32,000 nucleotides of DNA from Neisseriaceae bacterium B1. GTDB taxonomy: Bacteria > Pseudomonadota > Gammaproteobacteria > Burkholderiales > Neisseriaceae. This document shows, piece after piece, positions 1 through 8,473 of this stretch. The DNA lies in the NCBI GenBank assembly GCA_051414845.1, contig CP183313.1, positions 217,536-249,535 of the forward strand, read 5' to 3'. A model generated the notes under the pieces. The model ran no database searches and was not told where the DNA came from. It saw nothing but the letters and a program-made list of their open reading frames with translations. The translations under genes and the position numbers were made by a program. Each line of letters opens with the position of its first letter. The stretch's first letter is position 1.

Positions 1-398
1 ACCGAAGATTTGTTTGCCAAACTCGCCAAAATATAGGCAAACGGGCAATCCCAGCCTTCTTTGAGTGCATTCACGGTAATCACAAAGCGAATGGCGCAAT
101 CAGGCGACATCAAATCCACATTTTTCAGCTCATTGATTTCGCTGGTTTTCATTGCAATTTGATTTTCTGGAATGCCCAAATTCAGCAATTCTTTTTTCAC
201 TTTATCAAACGTGGCCTTGTCGTCTTTGCTGCGCGGTTCGGCTTGAAACAACACAATCGGGCGGATAGGGGCTTGCCCATTGTTTGTGGCAGCGATTTCC
301 AAATTGTGGCGCAAGGTAATGGCTGTCATCATCACATCGGCTTGACTTCGCTGCTGGCTAATCATCAAAGGCAGTTTGACCATTTGCTCTTTTTTCAA
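1..398 (-). pseudogene. 5'-truncated fragment of an SF2 helicase / type III restriction (Res-like) gene, open to the left window edge
   Basis: The minus-strand frame starting at 398 is open to base 1, and is absent from the ORF track because it has no stop in the window. It reads LKKEQMVKLPLMISQQ...AIRFVITVNALKEGWDCPFAYILASLANKSS. The ALKEGWDCP segment looks like helicase motif V of ResIII/DEAD-like restriction helicases. The frame abuts the IS inverted repeat at 399 and no N-terminal part lies beyond the IS. Confidence 0.5.
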
Positions 399-1112
399 GG
401 GTCTGACGTAGATTATCAGTTAGGTTACACTTAAAAAATGAAGATAACCCATTGCAAACTAAGTAAATCTACTCAGCGAAAACTACTCCAATTTTTCGTA
501 TTGGAAGTTACGGCTCGGGCAGCAGCCGATATACTTGGCATCCAAGCCTAATTCAGCGATGTTGTTTTACCGCAAAATCCGTCAAGTCATTGCCTACCAT
601 TTAGAACTTCAAGCAGACGAAGTTTTTAATGGCTCTGTGGAGCGAGACGAGAGCTATTTTGGCGGGCAACGCAAAGGCAAACGCGGTCGTGTTGCGGCTG
701 GTAAAGTCGCTGTTTTTGGTATTTTGAAACGCAATGGTAAGGTCTTTACCATTGTTGTTGAAAATACCAAGCAAGAAACTTTACTACCTGTTATTAAAAG
801 GAAAATTATGCCTGATAGTATTGTTTATACGAATTGCTATAAGAGTTATGATGTGCTGGATGTGAGTGAGTTTACCCATCATCGTATCAATCATTCTCAG
901 CTGTTTGCAGACCGTCAAAACCATATCAATGGCATTGAAAATTTCTGGAGTCAGGCAAAGCGCGTTCTACGAAAATACAATGGAATTGATCGTAAATCTT
1001 TTCTGTTATTCTTGAAAGAATGTGAATTTCGTTTTAACTTTGGTACACCAAAAGAGCAGCTGAAAATTCTGCGAGTTTGGTGTGGTATTTAGGGTTAATC
1101 TACGTCAGCCCC
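399..1112 (+). mobile_element. IS1595-family (IS1016-like) insertion sequence, ~714 bp
   Basis: Terminal inverted repeats are GGGTCTGACGTAGATTA (399-415) and TAATCTACGTCAGCCCC (1096-1112, reverse complement GGGGCTGACGTAGATTA), bracketing a single transposase gene. No 8-bp target duplication is visible (flanks tttttcaa versus aaaatgaa). Confidence 0.85.
438..1092 (+). pseudogene. IS1595/ISXO2-like DDE transposase, apparently frameshifted near codon 37
   Basis: ATG 438 gives MKITHCKLSKSTQRKLLQFFVLEVTARAAADILGIQA then a stop at 549-551. The rest of the protein (..KPNSAMLFYRKIRQVIAYHL...ESYFGG...NGIENFWSQAKR) is in the +1 frame (track ORF 535-1092, which starts at TTG). Confidence 0.75.
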
Positions 1113-1123
1113 AAAATGAAACA

Positions 1124-1158
1124 TTCAGGCAGCCTGAAATATTTTCAGGCTGCCTGAA
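1124..1158. terminator. Inverted DUS pair (TTCAGGCAGCCTGAA / TTCAGGCTGCCTGAA) forming a hairpin, probably the lipA terminator
   Basis: The two 15-mers at 1124-1138 and 1144-1158 are exact reverse complements separated by 5 nt and are followed by a T-run. The pair lies just 3' of the lipA stop. Confidence 0.6.
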
Positions 1159-1176
1159 TGTTTTTTTGCTTAAAAA

Positions 1177-2160
1177 TCAATGATGACCGCAACCGCTTTC
1201 TTTCAACGCTTCTTCCGCTTGCACATCAGCGTGATAAGAGCTGCGAACCATCGCGCCAATCGCCGCATTGGTAAAGCCCATTTCATAGGCTTCCTTTTCA
1301 AATTGCTTGAACATATCGGGCGTTACATAGCGCAACACAGGCAAATGACCGTCAGACGGCTGTAAATATTGTCCCACAGTAATCATCTCAATATTGTGTT
1401 CACGCATATCGCGCATGATTTCGCGGACTTCATCGTCTGTTTCGCCTAAGCCAACCATAATGCCTGATTTGGTTGGGATATTCGGCTGCATTTCCTTAAA
1501 TCGGCGCAACAATTCCAAAGAATGTTTGTAATCCGACCCAGGGCGAGCTTGTTTGTACAAACGCGGGTGGGTTTCCAAATTGTGGTTCATCACATCGGGC
1601 GGATTTTTCGCCAAAATCTCCAACGCAATATCCAAACGCCCGCGGAAATCTGGCACCAACACTTCAATTTTCGTGTTCGGGCTGGTTTCGCGAATGGCGT
1701 TAATGCAATCGGCGAAATGCTGTGCGCCGCCGTCGCGCAAATCGTCGCGGTCTACCGATGTAATCACAACATATTTCAATTTCATTGCCGCCACCGATTC
1801 CGCCAAATTTTTCGGCTCGTCGGGGTCAAGCGCGTTCGGGCGACCGTGTCCCACATCGCAAAACGGACAACGGCGCGTACAAATATCGCCCATTATCATA
1901 AAAGTCGCCGTGCCTTTGCTAAAACATTCGCCAATATTCGGGCAAGATGCTTCTTCGCACACGGTGTGCATTTTCTGTTCGCGCAAAATGTTTTTAATTT
2001 CAAAGAATTTTTTACCTGTTGGAATTTTGGCGCGAATCCATTCGGGTTTTTTCAATTTTTCTTCCAACGGCACAACTTTAATTGGGATACGCGCGGTTTT
2101 GTCTGCACCTTTGTGTTTTACGCCTTGTGCGTTGCTGGGTTGTTGGGTTTCGGTGGTCAT
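1177..2160 (-). CDS. lipA: Lipoyl synthase
   Basis: 327 aa with [12 protein letters not shown] and radical-SAM [10 protein letters not shown] cysteine motifs. Full-length lipoyl synthase architecture. Confidence 0.97.
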   Translation of the reverse strand: MTTETQQPSNAQGVKHKGADKTARIPIKVVPLEEKLKKPEWIRAKIPTGKKFFEIKNILREQKMHTVCEEASCPNIGECFSKGTATFMIMGDICTRRCPFCDVGHGRPNALDPDEPKNLAESVAAMKLKYVVITSVDRDDLRDGGAQHFADCINAIRETSPNTKIEVLVPDFRGRLDIALEILAKNPPDVMNHNLETHPRLYKQARPGSDYKHSLELLRRFKEMQPNIPTKSGIMVGLGETDDEVREIMRDMREHNIEMITVGQYLQPSDGHLPVLRYVTPDMFKQFEKEAYEMGFTNAAIGAMVRSSYHADVQAEEALKESGCGHH

Positions 2161-2227
2161 TTTGTAAACTCTTTTTTTGTGTGTTTAAACAATTGATTTT
2201 TCAGGCAGCCTTACGGTAATAAAAATT

Positions 2228-2297
2228 CGTAGGGTGGACACCGTCCACCGTTTTAATAATCTTGAAATTTTTTGGTGGACTGTGTCCACCCTACAAG
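2228..2297. repeat. REP-like element: inverted pair of GTAGG-hairpin units
   Basis: cGTAGGGTGGACACCGTCCACC (2228-2249) and GGTGGACTGTGTCCACCCTACaag (2274-2297) are mutually inverted, and each unit is itself a hairpin. Confidence 0.5.
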
Positions 2298-2328
2298 ATT
2301 TCAGGCAGCTTGAAACTGGTAAACCGCA

Positions 2329-3054
2329 TTATAAACCTTTTCGCATAATCCGTTGCCCCAACGTGGCGGAAAGGCGGTTAATCCAATAGAGCCATTTGCT
2401 TTTGCCCGCCAAAATTTCAAAATGATTGCGTAAAAAATCACGCCAAAATTCTTCTGCTAATTCATCGGGTTGGATTTTTAAATTGGCATAACCTTTGCCC
2501 TGCGACAAAGGCGTGGCGACCATCGGCGGGAAAATTTCAAACACGCGCACCGAGCTGTTTTCCATTTGCCAGCGCAACACTTGCGAAAAACTGTGCAGCG
2601 CGGCTTTGGTGGCGCAATACATCGCGCAGGTTTCTTTCGGCACAATCGCTAAACCCGACGACACGTTAATCACGGCGGCTTCATTTTTCGCGGTCAAAAT
2701 CGGCAAAAATGCGCGCGTGAGTTGCGCGGGCGCGGTCAAATTCACGTCCACTTCCTGCGCGATTTCGTCATCGGTTTGCGCGTCCAACCGCTTGGTAAAT
2801 TGTATGCCTGCGTTGTTGATTAACACGTTCACATCGGCAAAATCGCGCACCAAACGGGCGCGGTCGTCGGCGTTGGCAACGTCCGCCACAACATAACGGC
2901 TGCCTGAAAGCTGCGCCGCCGCTTGTTGCAACACTTCTTCGCGTCGCCCGACCAAAATCACGTTGTTGCCATTTGCATGAAATTTTTTCGCAAGCGCAAA
3001 GCCAATGCCCGTCGCGCCGCCTGTGATAAGGACGGTGTGTCCTGTGGGATTCAT
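2329..3054 (-). CDS. Short-chain dehydrogenase/reductase (SDR) family oxidoreductase
   Basis: 241 aa with the N-terminal TGGATGIG Rossmann motif and the YCATK catalytic motif. Confidence 0.85.
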   Translation of the reverse strand: MNPTGHTVLITGGATGIGFALAKKFHANGNNVILVGRREEVLQQAAAQLSGSRYVVADVANADDRARLVRDFADVNVLINNAGIQFTKRLDAQTDDEIAQEVDVNLTAPAQLTRAFLPILTAKNEAAVINVSSGLAIVPKETCAMYCATKAALHSFSQVLRWQMENSSVRVFEIFPPMVATPLSQGKGYANLKIQPDELAEEFWRDFLRNHFEILAGKSKWLYWINRLSATLGQRIMRKGL

Positions 3055-3084
3055 ATTTTTCTTTCAATTTCTTATATTTGCGTT

Positions 3085-3099
3085 TTCAGGCAGCCTGAA
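3085..3099 (+). repeat. DNA uptake sequence, palindromic 15-mer TTCAGGCAGCCTGAA
   Basis: Exact 15-mer, intergenic. Confidence 0.8.
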
Positions 3100-3126
3100 A
3101 GTATTAAATGTTAGTTTGAGCATTGT

Positions 3127-3150
3127 GTCGGGCATAAATGCTCGACCTAC
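3127..3150. repeat. Single GTAGG-hairpin REP-like unit (reverse orientation)
   Basis: GTCGGGCATAAATGCTCGACCTAC. Confidence 0.4.
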
Positions 3151-3158
3151 AAATAATG

Positions 3159-3230
3159 TTTCAGGCAGTCTTCTGGTTTTATCCAAATCTTTGATTTGAC
3201 AATAAAACCGTATGTCGTAGACAGTAAAAC
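3159..3230 (+). repeat. ~70-bp palindromic intergenic repeat, copy 1 (most diverged)
   Basis: tttcaggcagtcttctgGTTTTATCCAAATCTTTGATTTGACAATAAAACcgtatgtcgtagacagtaaaac. It shares the core with the copies at 4684 and 7265 and ends at the pdxK-like stop codon. Confidence 0.6.
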
Positions 3231-4072
3231 TATTTATTCAACTCATTGACCAACATCGGCAAGGCTTTTTCAAATTTCACGCCATACCAATGCGATTGGT
3301 CGTCAATGGTTTTGTGCAAACATTCCACCACAAAATCGGCAGCCAAACTGGCGGCTTGTTCAATCGTTCTGCCTTGCATGAGTGCGCCTGTGAATGCGGC
3401 GGCGTAGCAATCGCCTGTGCCATGTGATGCGTAATCCACGCGGTCGTTTAAATACACAAATTTTTCGCCCGACGCGACATCATAAACCACCAAGCCTAAT
3501 TTGTTTGGCACATAGGTCAAACCTTTTAAGATAATGGTTTTCGCTCCCAGTTTAGCTAATTTTGCTAATAAATCATCAATATACGCCTCGTCTTGACCTT
3601 CCATGCGGCATTCGCTGTTGGTCATAAACGCGGCTTCGGTGATGTTTGGCAGCATAATGTCAGCTTGACCACACAAACGCGCCATCGCTTTGACGTGTTT
3701 GTCGTCAAAACCGTAATACAATTTGCCGTTGTCCGCCATCGCTGGGTCCACGATTTTCACGCCGTTTGCGGTCAATAATGTGTTCATCATGTGAATCACA
3801 TCGTCAATTTGGCGTTTGCTGCCCAAATAGCCCGAATAAATCGCGTCAAACGAGATGCCTTCTTTTTGCCAATGCTGGTAAATGGCAGGAATGTCGTCTG
3901 CCAAATCGCGGAAGGTGTAGCCTGTGAAACCGCCCGTGTGCGTGGACAACACGGCAGAGGGCAAAATGGCGGTTTCAATGCCACAAGCCGAAATAATCGG
4001 CAGGGCAACGGTTAAAGAACATTGTCCGTAGCAGGAAATGTCTTGAATGGTCATGACTTTTTTGTCGCTCAT
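3230..4072 (-). CDS. pdxK: Pyridoxal/pyridoxamine kinase (ribokinase superfamily)
   Basis: 280 aa. The N-terminus MTIQDISCYGQCSLTVALPIISACGIE...LSTHTGGF and the C-terminal GTGDCYAAAF anion-hole motif are typical of pyridoxamine kinases. Confidence 0.8.
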   Translation of the reverse strand: MSDKKVMTIQDISCYGQCSLTVALPIISACGIETAILPSAVLSTHTGGFTGYTFRDLADDIPAIYQHWQKEGISFDAIYSGYLGSKRQIDDVIHMMNTLLTANGVKIVDPAMADNGKLYYGFDDKHVKAMARLCGQADIMLPNITEAAFMTNSECRMEGQDEAYIDDLLAKLAKLGAKTIILKGLTYVPNKLGLVVYDVASGEKFVYLNDRVDYASHGTGDCYAAAFTGALMQGRTIEQAASLAADFVVECLHKTIDDQSHWYGVKFEKALPMLVNELNK

Positions 4073-4100
4073 GATTTTTCCTAATTTATATTGATTGGTT

Positions 4101-4115
4101 TTCAGGCAGCCTGAA
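4101..4115 (+). repeat. DNA uptake sequence 15-mer TTCAGGCAGCCTGAA
   Basis: Exact 15-mer, intergenic. Confidence 0.8.
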
Positions 4116-4135
4116 ACTAGCTCTTATGATTGAAT

Positions 4136-4674
4136 TCAAAATGGCTTGCGCGTAACCGTAAACGCTGCGCCTGAACCTTGTCTGACTGCACCATAATCTT
4201 GATGAATATTGATGCTGTAATCGTGGCATGTGTAAATGTATTCGGTGACATCTTCATCGGTAATGTGCTTTTGCCAGCCTATTTTGGGCAAGTCATAGCG
4301 TTGAATCAATTCTGCTTTCAGCTTTTCGGGCGAAGTGTTCAAATCAATCTCGCCTTTGGCTTGGTCGCCGATGACAAAACGCCAGCCGTCAATTTGCCCA
4401 CGTTTGTCGTAGCTAATCCAAGTAACAAACGCCACGCGCTTGTCAAAATGCAAGCCTGCCATATCGGGCGAGAAAAAATAATGGTTTGTGGGGATGTCTG
4501 CTTGTTGCAAACTGGGCAAGCGTTGCAGCAATGCGCTTTTGCTTTCGCCAAAAGTTAAGCCTTCTACTTTGATTTTTGATTTATCGGCACGACACACTCG
4601 CGCGTACTGCTTTTGGGCGTGGCTTGTGCGGTAGCGGCAATCAGTAAACTGGTTAATACGATGAATTTTTTCAT
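4136..4674 (-). pseudogene. Secreted hypothetical protein with an apparent frameshift between signal peptide and mature part
   Basis: ATG 4674 with an AAGGA RBS encodes the signal peptide MKKFIVLTSLLIAATAQA-TPKSSTRE..., which stops at 4564. The 153-aa body (track ORF 4136-4597, GTG start, no RBS) is in another frame (offset 77 nt). Confidence 0.5.
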
Positions 4675-4683
4675 GTTTTTCCT

Positions 4684-4755
4684 TTCAGGTAGCCTTGCAT
4701 GTTTTATCCAAATGTTTGATTTGGCGATAAAACAGCATGCCGCAAGCCAGTAAAT
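4684..4755 (+). repeat. ~70-bp palindromic intergenic repeat, copy 2
   Basis: ttcaggtagccttgcatGTTTTATCCAAATGTTTGATTTGGCGATAAAACagcatgccgcaagccagtaaa, between the lipB stop and the start of the secreted-protein gene. Confidence 0.65.
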
Positions 4756-4760
4756 GCTAA

Positions 4761-5366
4761 TTACTCGCCTAATTCGCGCCTCAAATGCGCACTTAATTTT
4801 TCGCCCACTTCGTCTAAATCAGGTGCAGGCTGCACCAAATCGGCAATTTGCACCATTTCCATGCCCGCATAACCGCAAGGGTTAATCTGCTGAAACGGCG
4901 ATAAGTCCATGTTCACATTCAGCGCAAGTCCATGATAAACCGAGCCGTTTTTAATCCGCAAACCCAATGACGCGATTTTGCGTTCGCCTACATAAACCCC
5001 TGGTCTTTTTGGGTCGGCGGCAGCGGCAATGCCGTATTGGGCAAGTGTGGCGATAATCGCGTTTTCCAATGCGGAAACGATGTGGCGCACGCTTTGTTTG
5101 CGGCGTTTGAAGTCAATCATCGTATACACAACCAGTTGCCCCAAGCCGTGATAGGTAATTTGTCCGCCGCGGTCAATTTGCACCACAGGAATATCGCTGG
5201 GAAACAGCAAATGTTCGGGTTTGCCTGCCAAGCCTTGTGTGAACACGGGATAATGTTCCACCAGCCACAATTCGTCTTCCGTATCGGTGGTGCGGTTGGC
5301 GTTAAACGCCTTCATTTGTTCAAAAATGGGCGTGTAATCTTGTCGCCCTAATTGGATGATTTTCAT
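4761..5366 (-). CDS. lipB: Octanoyltransferase (lipoyl(octanoyl) transferase)
   Basis: [21 protein letters not shown]...[12 protein letters not shown]...[10 protein letters not shown] place the start at the internal Met (ATG 5366), not at the track's 5624, because the N-terminal extension is non-protein-like and overlaps ybeD. Confidence 0.92.
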   Translation of the reverse strand: MKIIQLGRQDYTPIFEQMKAFNANRTTDTEDELWLVEHYPVFTQGLAGKPEHLLFPSDIPVVQIDRGGQITYHGLGQLVVYTMIDFKRRKQSVRHIVSALENAIIATLAQYGIAAAADPKRPGVYVGERKIASLGLRIKNGSVYHGLALNVNMDLSPFQQINPCGYAGMEMVQIADLVQPAPDLDEVGEKLSAHLRRELGE

Positions 5367-5460
5367 GGGTTTTACCGTTTCAGGTAACCTGAAAATATGC
5401 TGCCTGAAAGAATTTATGAAACAAAAACGCGAGGGTGGCTTTGGACTACACGCCCTAGGT

Positions 5461-5757
5461 TTAAAATACGACTTTAACCATAGGATGCGACGTAACCGCG
5501 CGATAAATATTGTCCAAATGTTCCTGATTTTCCGCGTAAACCGTAACGGTTGCGCCCACAAATTTGCCGCCCGAACTGGGGCGCAAAGTAACGTGCTCGT
5601 GTGATGTGTTGGGCGCGTGTTCACAAATGGCTTTAAGAATTTCGTTCACAAATTCAGGATGTTCCGCGCCCATGATTTTGAGTTTGAAATCGCAGGGAAA
5701 TTCAATTAAAGATTCTTTTTGTTCAATGGGTTGTAAGTTAATTTCGGTGTTGGACAT
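5461..5757 (-). CDS. ybeD: YbeD-family (DUF493) protein
   Basis: 98 aa containing [11 protein letters not shown], in the classical position upstream of lipB. Confidence 0.8.
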   Translation of the reverse strand: MSNTEINLQPIEQKESLIEFPCDFKLKIMGAEHPEFVNEILKAICEHAPNTSHEHVTLRPSSGGKFVGATVTVYAENQEHLDNIYRAVTSHPMVKVVF

Positions 5758-5882
5758 GATGTATTCCTTAAAAATAAATGGCGCGCATTGTAGCGCAAAT
5801 TGGGCTTAAAGTGATTGCGCTAAAATGCGCATAGGCGACTGATATGGTGTTGAAAGACAGTTTATTCAAGCGTTTAGAACAA

Positions 5883-5891
5883 TGTTATAAT
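5883..5891 (+). promoter_or_regulatory. Candidate extended -10 (TGtTATAAT) for rbgA/ylqF
   Basis: TGTTATAAT lies ~55 nt upstream of ATG 5945. The only -35 is weak (TATTCA). Confidence 0.3.
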
Positions 5892-5904
5892 CGCGCGTTT
5901 ATTT

Positions 5905-5919
5905 TTCAGGCTGCCTGAA
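5905..5919 (-). repeat. DNA uptake sequence 15-mer (TTCAGGCTGCCTGAA on +)
   Basis: Exact 15-mer in the rbgA 5' leader. Confidence 0.8.
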
Positions 5920-5944
5920 AACCGTTACTTAAGAAAGAAATATC

Positions 5945-6892
5945 ATGGCAATCCAATGGTTCCCTGGGCATATGAACAAGGCGAAAAAAGCCATCGCCGA
6001 ACGCCTAAAAAGCGTGGATATGGTGATTGAAATGTTGGACGCGCGCCTGCCTGCGTCTAGTGAAAATCCGTTGTTGGCGCAATTATCTAAAGGCAAGCCA
6101 AAGCTGAAAATTTTGAATAAACAAGACCTTGCCGACCCTGAACGCACGGCGATTTGGTTGGCGCATTATAATTCGCAAGAGCAAACGAATGCGATTGCGC
6201 TGGATAGTTCGGAAAAATCCGCCGCGCCGAAAATTACGGCGGCGTGTCGTGCGCTCGTGCCGAATCGCAAGGGAATTGAGAAGCCGTTGCGCGTATTGAT
6301 TTGCGGCATTCCGAATGTGGGCAAATCTACTTTGATTAACGGTATGATTGGCAAGAAATCGGCAAAAACAGGCAATGAACCAGGGATTACGAAGGCGGAA
6401 CAGCGTTTGTTTTTGGCAGATGATTTTTGGCTCTACGACACACCCGGTATGCTGTGGCCAAAAATCATTGTGGAAGAAAGCGGCTACAATTTGGCGGCTT
6501 CGGGCGCGGTTGGGCGCAATGCGTTGGATGAAGAAGAAGTGGCGTTGGCATTGTTGGATTATTTGCGCCGCCATTATTTATTGATGTTGCAAACGCGTTA
6601 TGCGGCGGATAAGAATGAATCAAGCCATTGGGACGATGTGGCGTGGCTGGAATGGATTGCGAAAAAACGCGGCGCGTTGCTCGGCGGCGGACGTGTGAAT
6701 TATCAGAAAGCGGCGGAAAATGTGCTGACAGATTTTCGCGAGGGCGCGATTGGGCGCATTACGCTGGAAATGCCACGCCAGTGGGAAGAGTGGCTGAAAG
6801 TGGCGCGCAAACGCGAGGCGGAATTGAAGGCGCAACGTGCGGAAAAATTAGCGCAACGTCGTGGGCAGCAGGTGCAACAGTCGCAGGAATAA
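5945..6892 (+). CDS. rbgA: Ribosome biogenesis GTPase A (YlqF/RbgA), circularly permuted GTPase
   Basis: MAIQWFPGHMNKAKK..., NKQDL (G4) precedes GIPNVGKSTLIN (G1). Confidence 0.9.
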   Translation: MAIQWFPGHMNKAKKAIAERLKSVDMVIEMLDARLPASSENPLLAQLSKGKPKLKILNKQDLADPERTAIWLAHYNSQEQTNAIALDSSEKSAAPKITAACRALVPNRKGIEKPLRVLICGIPNVGKSTLINGMIGKKSAKTGNEPGITKAEQRLFLADDFWLYDTPGMLWPKIIVEESGYNLAASGAVGRNALDEEEVALALLDYLRRHYLLMLQTRYAADKNESSHWDDVAWLEWIAKKRGALLGGGRVNYQKAAENVLTDFREGAIGRITLEMPRQWEEWLKVARKREAELKAQRAEKLAQRRGQQVQQSQE

Positions 6893-6894
6893 GT

Positions 6895-6909
6895 TTCAGG
6901 CTGCCTGAA
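6895..6909 (-). repeat. DNA uptake sequence 15-mer (TTCAGGCTGCCTGAA on +)
   Basis: Exact 15-mer directly after the rbgA stop. Confidence 0.8.
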
Positions 6910-6922
6910 AAGTGGAGACAGA

Positions 6923-7264
6923 ATGATGAATACCATTCAATCTACTCAAAAATCTGCTTGGCAAACGATTTTATACAATCTCGGCATTCTCGCACCGATT
7001 GTGTTGCCTAATCTGATTGCGCTGCCTATGCGGTCTTTACTGCAATCAGGCGCATTGTTTGACACTTGGGCGCAGGGATTTTTGATAACTGCTATTGCAT
7101 TGGGCATGTTGATTGCTTTTGTTTCACTGATTCAATTGCAGCCTGAAAAATATCCTCTATGGCGCAAATGTTTACACGCGATTTTGGCAATGCCGATTTT
7201 GGTTTTGTTTACCTTGACTTTTGGCGTATGGACGAGCGCGATTATATTGAATATGGGACATTAG
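6923..7264 (+). CDS. Hypothetical small membrane protein
   Basis: 113 aa with three to four hydrophobic segments. No recognisable motif. Confidence 0.5.
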   Translation: MMNTIQSTQKSAWQTILYNLGILAPIVLPNLIALPMRSLLQSGALFDTWAQGFLITAIALGMLIAFVSLIQLQPEKYPLWRKCLHAILAMPILVLFTLTFGVWTSAIILNMGH

Positions 7265-7338
7265 GTTTTACTGCCTTGCGGCATGCTGTTTTATAGTCAA
7301 ATCAAAGATTTGGATAAAACATGCAAGGCAGCCTGAAA
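7265..7338 (-). repeat. ~70-bp palindromic intergenic repeat, copy 3 (inverted relative to copies 1 and 2), with embedded DUS 7326-7337
   Basis: The reverse complement reads tttcaggctgccttgcatGTTTTATCCAAATCTTTGATTTGACTATAAAACagcatgccgcaaggcagtaaaac. Confidence 0.65.
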
Positions 7339-7360
7339 TGTGTTTTAACGGTAAAAATTA

Positions 7361-8380
7361 ATGAGCAAAAAACGCAAAAAGTCTCAATCCACCGCTTCAC
7401 CTTTGCAACGCCGTTTGCTGTTGTTTTGGCTGCCGTTTATCGTGATGTTTTTCGGTATGGCATGGTTTTCGCAATTGCGCTACAACGGCGACAAAGAAGC
7501 GCGGGTGGCATTGACGCGGCTGAATGATTGGCGCAGTCAGGCAGGCGTACAGCCGTTGGCGCAAGAAGATATGCTGCAAGAAGCGGCACGCAATCATGCG
7601 CTTTATTTGAGCAAAGACGCGCATGGGCATGATGAGCCTAATCGCAGCAATCCTTATTTTACAGGCGAAACGGCACAAGAGCGCGCCACCAAAGTCGGTT
7701 ACAGTGCGCCTGTTGCCGAGAATTTAACCATCAGTAATTGGGCGCGTTCAGGCAGGGCGGGCGTGGATGGTTTGATGACGGCTTTGTATCATCGTTTGGC
7801 ATTGCTCAACCCTAATCACGATGAGGCAGGCGCGGCTTGGGTGCGCGGTAAACATCAGGCTTTGGTAATTGAGCAGGGCAGTCGCGTGGAGCGTGAATTA
7901 TGCGAACAGCCGCGCCAGCACTCGCAAGCGCGTTATGTTTTGACGACTTTGTGCATGAATCAAAAAGTAGAAATTCAATTAAATCAGCTGCCTGAACAAT
8001 ATGTGGGCGCGGTAAAATTTCCGATAGGTTCGTATATCGAGCCTGTTTACGATGGCAAGGAAAAACCCAATCCGATGCCGCAATACAAAGAAACAGGCAA
8101 CCCGATTAGCATTGCGTTTTATGGACAACAGCAACCGATTGAGATGGTAGCGTTTGAACTGTTTGCGCCACAAGGTCAAATCATGCCAACGGAAATTTTA
8201 ACCGCAAAAAACGACCCCAATGGCGTGTTACTGCCAACTGAATTCGCACTGTTTCCTGTTAAACCATTGGATTTCAATACGGAATACCGCGTTCAATTTC
8301 GTTATCGCCAAAACGGACAAGAGAAACAAGAGCATTGGACGTTTAGAACGCGAGAAAAGCGTAATTGGTTGGAATTTTGA
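7361..8380 (+). CDS. CAP/SCP (PR-1-like) domain protein with N-terminal membrane anchor
   Basis: 339 aa. An N-terminal TM segment (LLLFWLPFIVMFFGMAWF) is followed by NHALYLSKDAHGHDE...VAENL...LMTALYHRLALLNP, typical of YkwD/CAP domains. The C-terminal ~170 aa is unassigned. Confidence 0.65.
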   Translation: MSKKRKKSQSTASPLQRRLLLFWLPFIVMFFGMAWFSQLRYNGDKEARVALTRLNDWRSQAGVQPLAQEDMLQEAARNHALYLSKDAHGHDEPNRSNPYFTGETAQERATKVGYSAPVAENLTISNWARSGRAGVDGLMTALYHRLALLNPNHDEAGAAWVRGKHQALVIEQGSRVERELCEQPRQHSQARYVLTTLCMNQKVEIQLNQLPEQYVGAVKFPIGSYIEPVYDGKEKPNPMPQYKETGNPISIAFYGQQQPIEMVAFELFAPQGQIMPTEILTAKNDPNGVLLPTEFALFPVKPLDFNTEYRVQFRYRQNGQEKQEHWTFRTREKRNWLEF

Positions 8381-8392
8381 TGTGAATAGTGT

Positions 8393-8407
8393 TTCAGGCA
8401 GCCTGAA
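8393..8407 (+). repeat. DNA uptake sequence 15-mer TTCAGGCAGCCTGAA
   Basis: Exact 15-mer, intergenic. Confidence 0.8.
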
Positions 8408-8439
8408 ACGCTGTTTTATTCAATTTTCTTGATTATTTT

Positions 8440-8454
8440 TTCAGGCAGCCTGAA
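8440..8454 (+). repeat. DNA uptake sequence 15-mer TTCAGGCAGCCTGAA
   Basis: Exact 15-mer, a direct repeat of the copy at 8393. Confidence 0.8.
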
Positions 8455-8473
8455 AGTTTGATAACAAAAAAAC

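Noticed and set aside
159-434. Plus-strand 91-aa ORF at the left edge
   Set aside because: Its translation is not protein-like (FFFHFIKRG...). The opposite strand carries a clean helicase-like frame, and the ORF runs into the IS inverted repeat.
1522-2196. Long plus-strand ORFs (224 and 204 aa) antisense to lipA, and similar shadow ORFs antisense to the SDR gene, pdxK-like gene, clpB, mqo, argH, recQ and the symporter
   Set aside because: They lie entirely within well-supported genes on the other strand. Their compositions are skewed (R, F, H and C rich) and they lack RBSs, as is typical of antisense shadow frames.
5367-5624. N-terminal extension of the lipB ORF (track start 5624)
   Set aside because: The extension is not protein-like, overlaps ybeD on the same strand in another frame, and spans a DUS-containing spacer. 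The conserved LipB N-terminus begins at the Met at 5366.
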